DNA of 64,000 nucleotides from Escherichia coli (GTDB lineage Bacteria; Pseudomonadota; Gammaproteobacteria; Enterobacterales; Enterobacteriaceae): NCBI RefSeq assembly GCF_048403405.1, contig NZ_CP183129.1; one strand, 5' to 3'. Shown piece by piece: positions 58,567 to 64,000 of this stretch (position 1 is its first letter; each line of letters starts with the position of its first letter). The notes under the pieces were generated by a model. It saw only the letters and a program-made list of their open reading frames with translations, ran no database searches and was not told where the DNA came from. The position numbers and the translations under genes were made by a program.

Positions 58567-59478
58567 TCATACTGGTAACGCTAGTTGCTTTTTTTTAAAC
58601 GCCTCAATGGTCGATTTATATTTCTCGCAAATCTTTTCTTCGGTAATATCACTATCTGCGGCCAGATTCGCACTTACTATCGCATCCACTTGTTCGGCTA
58701 ATTCGACTTGTTGGCAACCTGCATTAACCAGAAAATTATAAATAAGAGAGTAATCTTCATCCTTCAAAAAAACAGAGGAACCATTACGAAAACGTTCATC
58801 CCCTCCATAGATTTTAAGCGCAAAGCCCAAAGATTCTATGACTATGGCAAAATTATCATCAATTATTTTTTCGTAAATATACCATCCATCGCATTCTTTA
58901 ATTCCACCTCCTGGAATTTGGAGGTCAAATTTACCCCGTTTTAATTTGCTTACTATATCCTCCAATAAGGCATAACCTAAAGACACGTCACCAATCGCCT
59001 GGCGAATATAACCTTTAATCCTTTCCGGTATGTCAGACTGTTTTTTCTGCAGAATATCCCGGGCATACAATCTTCTGTTTTGTTCTAACGGAAACTCGCG
59101 GTTTTTGAAATCCATGAATGAGTTATACTCATTTATTGTTATGGGAATTTCTTCGTATTCAAACCCACTGCCTCGCAATGTCATTATATATTTGGCACCG
59201 TTATCTTTAATGCTGAAACTGATAAGAAACTTATCCATGGCGTGAACATTTTCATTTTTTGATGAAAGCACCTGATAACTACTTTTATCAATCTGAGTTG
59301 CGCAACGAAAGAACTCCCGCAAAGTTAACAGGCTATCATAATTCGAAATCCAATCTTTTTTCTTAAATGCATGCTGGATATTGTTAAAAAAATTGTTTGA
59401 ATGTGTTTTTGTATGCGATGATTTTACGAATAACTCCACCGCACCAATAAAATTATTGTGTCTGATCCTGGGTAACAT
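58567..59478 (-). CDS. ytfI: AT-rich protein of unknown function
   Basis: 303-aa uninterrupted ORF in a markedly AT-rich segment between ytfJ and cysQ; no recognisable motif. Confidence 0.7.
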   Translation of the reverse strand: MLPRIRHNNFIGAVELFVKSSHTKTHSNNFFNNIQHAFKKKDWISNYDSLLTLREFFRCATQIDKSSYQVLSSKNENVHAMDKFLISFSIKDNGAKYIMTLRGSGFEYEEIPITINEYNSFMDFKNREFPLEQNRRLYARDILQKKQSDIPERIKGYIRQAIGDVSLGYALLEDIVSKLKRGKFDLQIPGGGIKECDGWYIYEKIIDDNFAIVIESLGFALKIYGGDERFRNGSSVFLKDEDYSLIYNFLVNAGCQQVELAEQVDAIVSANLAADSDITEEKICEKYKSTIEAFKKKQLALPV

Positions 59479-59690
59479 ATGGCTACCTTATTTTATTTGG
59501 TTATTTTATGTCGCCATTAAATATCTCATTATAGAAGTATAACTATCAAAAAACGCTCATTATTAAAATGTAACTTATTAGCAATTGAATTTTTGCACTT
59601 TAAATACAATCTCTTTTTATTTATAACTTTTTAGGTTGAGAGAAATCAGGATGGCAGAATCAGGAAATACACTGTTTCTGCCATCTGAAT

Positions 59691-60431
59691 TTAGTAAATA
59701 GACACTCTGAATCCCGGATTCAGGAACGACTCGCGCGGAGTGTAATCCAGCGGTTTACCCTGCCAGTCGTGAACGTGCGCTCCGGCAGCTGCGGCCACAG
59801 CATGTCCAGCGGCGGTGTCCCAAATATTCGTTGGTCCGAAGCGCGGGTACAGCTGCGCCTGCCCTTCCGCCACCAGGCAGAATTTCAGCGAAGAGCCGAT
59901 GGACGTGGTCTGATGTTCGCCAAGCTGTTGCAGATACTCTTTCAGCTCCGCATCTGCATGGGAACGGCTGATAACCACCAGCGGCGGGCGCGCATCACGG
60001 ACCTGAATCTGCTTGCGCACGCCGCACTCTTCTTTCCACGCTTTGCCTTCTGCCGCGCTGTACATTACGTTCATTACCGGCGCATACACCACACCTAAAA
60101 TCGGTTTGCCGTGGTCGATGAGCGCAATGTTAACGGTGAATTCGCCATTGCGTTTAATAAACTCTTTAGTACCATCCAGCGGGTCTACCAGCCAGTAACG
60201 CTGCCAGTGCTGACGGACTTCCCAACCGGGAGGATCTTCTTCAGAAAGCACCGGAATATCCGGTGTCAGCGTACGTAAACCGTCCATGATAACGGTGTGA
60301 GCGGCAATATCCGCTGCCGTTACCGGAGAATTGTCCGCTTTGCTGACGACGTCCATCGGTTTCGTCCCGTCGTAGACCTGCATAATGGCATCGCCTGCAT
60401 TCCGTGCAAGCTGGCATACTTGATCTAACAT
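59691..60431 (-). CDS. cysQ: 3'(2'),5'-bisphosphate nucleotidase
   Basis: 246-aa ORF; inositol-monophosphatase-family motif [12 protein letters not shown]. Confidence 0.95.
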   Translation of the reverse strand: MLDQVCQLARNAGDAIMQVYDGTKPMDVVSKADNSPVTAADIAAHTVIMDGLRTLTPDIPVLSEEDPPGWEVRQHWQRYWLVDPLDGTKEFIKRNGEFTVNIALIDHGKPILGVVYAPVMNVMYSAAEGKAWKEECGVRKQIQVRDARPPLVVISRSHADAELKEYLQQLGEHQTTSIGSSLKFCLVAEGQAQLYPRFGPTNIWDTAAGHAVAAAAGAHVHDWQGKPLDYTPRESFLNPGFRVSIY

Positions 60432-60620
60432 TTCTCCACCTCGTCTCTGTGAGCGGTGTTAACTTATTGTTTTACTTATACCCTATCGTTAATGAATGCG
60501 CCAACTGTGATAGTGTCATCATTTTCAAAGCGTAAAATTGTGGCATTCTTCACTGTTCTATAAGTAAGACGTTTATTCTCCCTTTTCTTTCGTATTCCCG
60601 ATGATAAAAGGATGTCCCTG

Positions 60621-62564
60621 ATGATTAAGTTTAGCGCAACGCTCCTGGCCACGCTGATTGCCGCCAGTGTGAATGCAGCGACGGTCGATCTGCGTATCAT
60701 GGAAACCACTGATCTGCATAGCAACATGATGGATTTCGATTATTACAAAGACACCGCCACGGAAAAATTCGGACTGGTACGTACGGCAAGCCTGATTAAC
60801 GATGCCCGCAATGAAGTGAAAAACAGCGTACTGGTCGATAACGGCGATTTGATTCAGGGGAGTCCGCTTGCAGATTACATGTCGGCGAAAGGTTTAAAAG
60901 CAGGTGATATTCACCCAGTGTATAAGGCATTAAATACGCTGGACTATACCGTCGGCACGCTTGGCAACCACGAGTTTAACTACGGTCTGGATTACCTGAA
61001 AAATGCGCTGGCGGGAGCGAAATTCCCTTATGTAAATGCCAACGTCATTGACGCCAGAACCAAACAGCCAATGTTTACACCGTATTTAATTAAAGACACC
61101 GAAGTGGTCGATAAAGACGGAAAAAAACAGACGCTGAAGATTGGCTATATTGGCGTCGTGCCGCCGCAAATCATGGGCTGGGATAAAGCTAATTTATCCG
61201 GGAAAGTGACGGTGAATGATATTACCGAAACCGTGCGCAAATACGTGCCTGAAATGCGCGAGAAAGGTGCCGATGTCGTTGTCGTTCTGGCGCATTCCGG
61301 GCTGTCTGCCGATCCGTATAAAGTGATGGCGGAAAACTCAGTTTATTACCTCAGTGAAATTCCGGGCGTTAACGCCATTATGTTTGGCCATGCTCACGCC
61401 GTTTTCCCAGGTAAAGATTTTGCTGATATCGAAGGGGCTGATATCGCGAAAGGCACGCTGAATGGTGTTCCGGCGGTAATGCCAGGCATGTGGGGCGATC
61501 ATCTTGGTGTGGTCGACTTACAACTCAGTAATGACAGCGGTAAATGGCAGGTGACGCAGGCGAAAGCGGAAGCACGGCCGATTTACGACATCGCGAATAA
61601 AAAATCCCTCGCGGCGGAAGACAGCAAGCTGGTAGAAACACTCAAAGCCGATCACGATGCCACACGCCAGTTCGTCAGCAAGCCAATCGGTAAATCCGCC
61701 GACAATATGTATAGCTATCTGGCGCTAGTGCAAGACGATCCGACCGTGCAGGTAGTGAACAACGCGCAAAAAGCGTATGTCGAGCATTACATTCAGGGCG
61801 ATCCGGATCTGGCAAAACTGCCGGTGCTTTCAGCTGCCGCACCGTTTAAAGTTGGTGGTCGCAAAAATGACCCGGCAAGCTATGTGGAGGTGGAAAAAGG
61901 CCAGTTGACCTTCCGTAATGCCGCCGATCTTTATCTCTACCCCAATACGCTGATTGTGGTGAAAGCCAGCGGTAAAGAGGTGAAAGAGTGGCTGGAGTGC
62001 TCCGCCGGACAGTTTAACCAGATTGATCCTAACAGCACGAAACCACAGTCACTCATCAACTGGGATGGTTTCCGCACCTATAACTTTGATGTTATTGATG
62101 GTGTGAATTATCAGATTGATGTTACCCAACCCGCCCGTTATGACGGCGAGTGCCAGATGATTAATGCCAATGCGGAAAGGATTAAGAACCTGACCTTTAA
62201 TGGCAAACCGATTGATCCGAACGCCATGTTCCTCGTTGCCACCAATAACTATCGCGCTTACGGCGGCAAATTTGCCGGTACGGGCGACAGCCATATCGCT
62301 TTTGCTTCACCGGATGAGAACCGCTCGGTGCTGGCAGCGTGGATTGCTGATGAGTCGAAACGTGCGGGGGAAATTCACCCGGCGGCAGATAACAACTGGC
62401 GTTTAGCACCAATAGCTGGCGATAAGAAACTGGATATCCGTTTCGAAACCTCTCCATCAGATAAAGCCGCGGCGTTTATTAAAGAGAAAGGGCAATATCC
62501 GATGAATAAAGTCGCGACCGATGATATCGGGTTTGCGATTTATCAGGTGGATTTGAGTAAGTAA
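60621..62564 (+). CDS. cpdB: Periplasmic 2',3'-cyclic-nucleotide 2'-phosphodiesterase/3'-nucleotidase
   Basis: ORF 60612-62564; start chosen at [19 protein letters not shown] (647 aa); signal peptide and metallophosphoesterase motifs GDLIQG and GNHEF. Confidence 0.9.
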
Positions 62565-62577
62565 TACACTTCTTTTT

Positions 62578-62678
62578 CGGCCTACAAATCATCAACCGCA
62601 TCCGACACTTTTGTCGGATGCGATGCTGGCGCATCTTATCCGTCCTACAAGTCATACACCGTAGGCCGCGCATCCTGC
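62578..62678. repeat. REP-like palindromic elements between cpdB and ytfH
   Basis: GCCTACAAATCATCAACCGCATCCGACA..TGTCGGATGCGATG..CGTCCTACAAGTCATACACCGTAGGCCGCGCATCC. Confidence 0.7.
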
Positions 62679-62680
62679 AG

Positions 62681-63061
62681 TTACGCCGCACGTTCATCCC
62701 GCACCGCCAACACCTCGGGCAAATTCAACTCAATCCAGTCCGCCAGTGCAGCAACCTTTTCGCTCACCTGCTCGCCCAGCGGCGTGAGGCTATATTCCAC
62801 ATGCGGCGGCACCACCGGATACGCGATACGGTTAAGAAAACCATCCTGCTCTAGCGCCTGTAACGACTGCGCAAGCATCTTTTCACTCACCCCGCCCATT
62901 TTGCGCCGCAGGTCGCTAAAGCGATGAGTACCTTCGCGTAGCGCCACCAGAATCAACACCCCCCAACGGCTGGTGACGTGTTTCAAAACCTCGCGCGACG
63001 GACACTGTTCAGCGAAGAGATTTCCCTCTTTCAGTTGTTGCGACAGGCTAACCTGACTCAT
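62681..63061 (-). CDS. ytfH: HxlR-family transcriptional regulator
   Basis: ORF 62681-63172; start chosen at MSQVSLSQQLKEGNLFAEQCPSREVL (126 aa); winged-helix HxlR/MarR-like region RWGVLILVALREGTHRFSDLRRKMGGVSEKMLAQSLQALEQDGFLNR. Confidence 0.8.
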   Translation of the reverse strand: MSQVSLSQQLKEGNLFAEQCPSREVLKHVTSRWGVLILVALREGTHRFSDLRRKMGGVSEKMLAQSLQALEQDGFLNRIAYPVVPPHVEYSLTPLGEQVSEKVAALADWIELNLPEVLAVRDERAA

Positions 63062-63149
63062 CTCATACTTACCTTTTTGTACGTACTTACTAAAAGTAAG
63101 TTTAGGTGTTAGCGTATTTAAACACAAGACAAAACGATGGAGACTTCCT

Positions 63150-64000
63150 ATGATCGCAATTACTGGTGCCACTGGCCAACTTGGTCACTATGTTATTGAA
63201 TCCTTGATGAAAACGGTTCCTGCCAGCCAAATAGTGGCTATCGTTCGTAATCCGGCAAAAGCCCAGGCACTGACAGCACAAGGCATTACCGTGCGTCAGG
63301 CTGACTACGGCGATGAAGCCGCACTGACATCTGCACTTCAGGGAGTGGAAAAACTACTGCTGATCTCTTCCAGCGAAGTGGGTCAACGTGCCCCGCAGCA
63401 TCGTAATGTTATTAATGCCGCAAAGGCGGCTGGTGTGAAATTTATCGCTTATACCAGTCTGCTTCACGCGGATAAATCTCCGCTCGGCCTCGCCGATGAG
63501 CACATTGAGACGGAGAAAATGTTGGCTGATTCTGGCATCGTTTACACCCTGCTGCGCAACGGCTGGTACAGCGAAAACTACCTCGCCAGCGCCCCGGCAG
63601 CACTGGAACACGGCGTATTTATCGGTGCGGCGGGCGATGGCAAAATCGCCTCAGCAACGCGGGCAGATTATGCGGCAGCTGCGGCACGCGTGATTAGCGA
63701 AGCCGGTCACGAAGGCAAGGTTTACGAACTGGCGGGCGATAGTGCCTGGACGTTGACACAGTTAGCGGCAGAGCTGACCAAACAGAGCGGAAAATCCGTT
63801 ACCTATCAAAATCTGAGCGAAGCCGATTTCGCCGCGGCACTGAAAAGCGTCGGACTGCCCGACGGACTGGCGGATATGCTGGCGGATTCTGACGTTGGCG
63901 CATCGAAAGGTGGTCTGTTTGATAACAGCAAAACGCTTAGCAAATTGATTGGCCGCCCAACGACAACGTTAGCCGAAAGCGTAAGCCATCTTTTTAATGT
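63150..64000 (+). CDS. ytfG: NAD(P)H:quinone oxidoreductase, NmrA-like (partial, continues past the window end)
   Basis: Open frame from ATG 63150 to the window end; N-terminal ITGATGQLG Rossmann motif; divergent from ytfH. Confidence 0.85.
   Translation, partial: MIAITGATGQLGHYVIESLMKTVPASQIVAIVRNPAKAQALTAQGITVRQADYGDEAALTSALQGVEKLLLISSSEVGQRAPQHRNVINAAKAAGVKFIAYTSLLHADKSPLGLADEHIETEKMLADSGIVYTLLRNGWYSENYLASAPAALEHGVFIGAAGDGKIASATRADYAAAAARVISEAGHEGKVYELAGDSAWTLTQLAAELTKQSGKSVTYQNLSEADFAAALKSVGLPDGLADMLADSDVGASKGGLFDNSKTLSKLIGRPTTTLAESVSHLFN

Noticed and set aside
59640-59690. Hairpin ATGGCAGAA..TTCTGCCAT downstream of cysQ as a terminator
   Set aside because: The stem is present but not followed by a clear T-run on the relevant strand; left uncalled as too weak.

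Overview
This window reads as ordinary Escherichia coli core chromosome, and I did not find a convincing previously undescribed multi-gene system in it. From memory of the protein sequences it is colinear, in inverted orientation, with the K-12 region running from leuX/ahr through the idn operon, valS, argI, pyrBI, mgtA, treRBC, nrdDG, fbp, ppa, tamAB and cpdB to ytfG; no search was run. Nearly all of the 64 kb is tightly packed with recognisable housekeeping and transport genes, with REP/BIME elements and hairpin terminators in the gaps. The most accessory-looking material is (i) the leuX tRNA at the left edge with a degraded P4-type integrase running off the window, marking an integration hotspot whose cargo lies outside the window; (ii) two strongly AT-rich genes of unknown function, yjgL (with an in-frame 24-bp tandem duplication) and ytfI; (iii) the orphan P-loop ATPase yjgR; and (iv) a 40-50 bp GC-rich palindromic repeat present in three intergenic copies. 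Known small modules also present are the chpSB toxin-antitoxin pair with its operator palindrome, the mgtL and pyrL leader peptides, and candidate operators for NrdR, TreR, IdnR/GntR and ArgR. Gene names are assigned from recognised sequence and motifs; start codons were chosen among in-frame ATG/GTG options to match remembered product lengths and are less certain than the reading frames.
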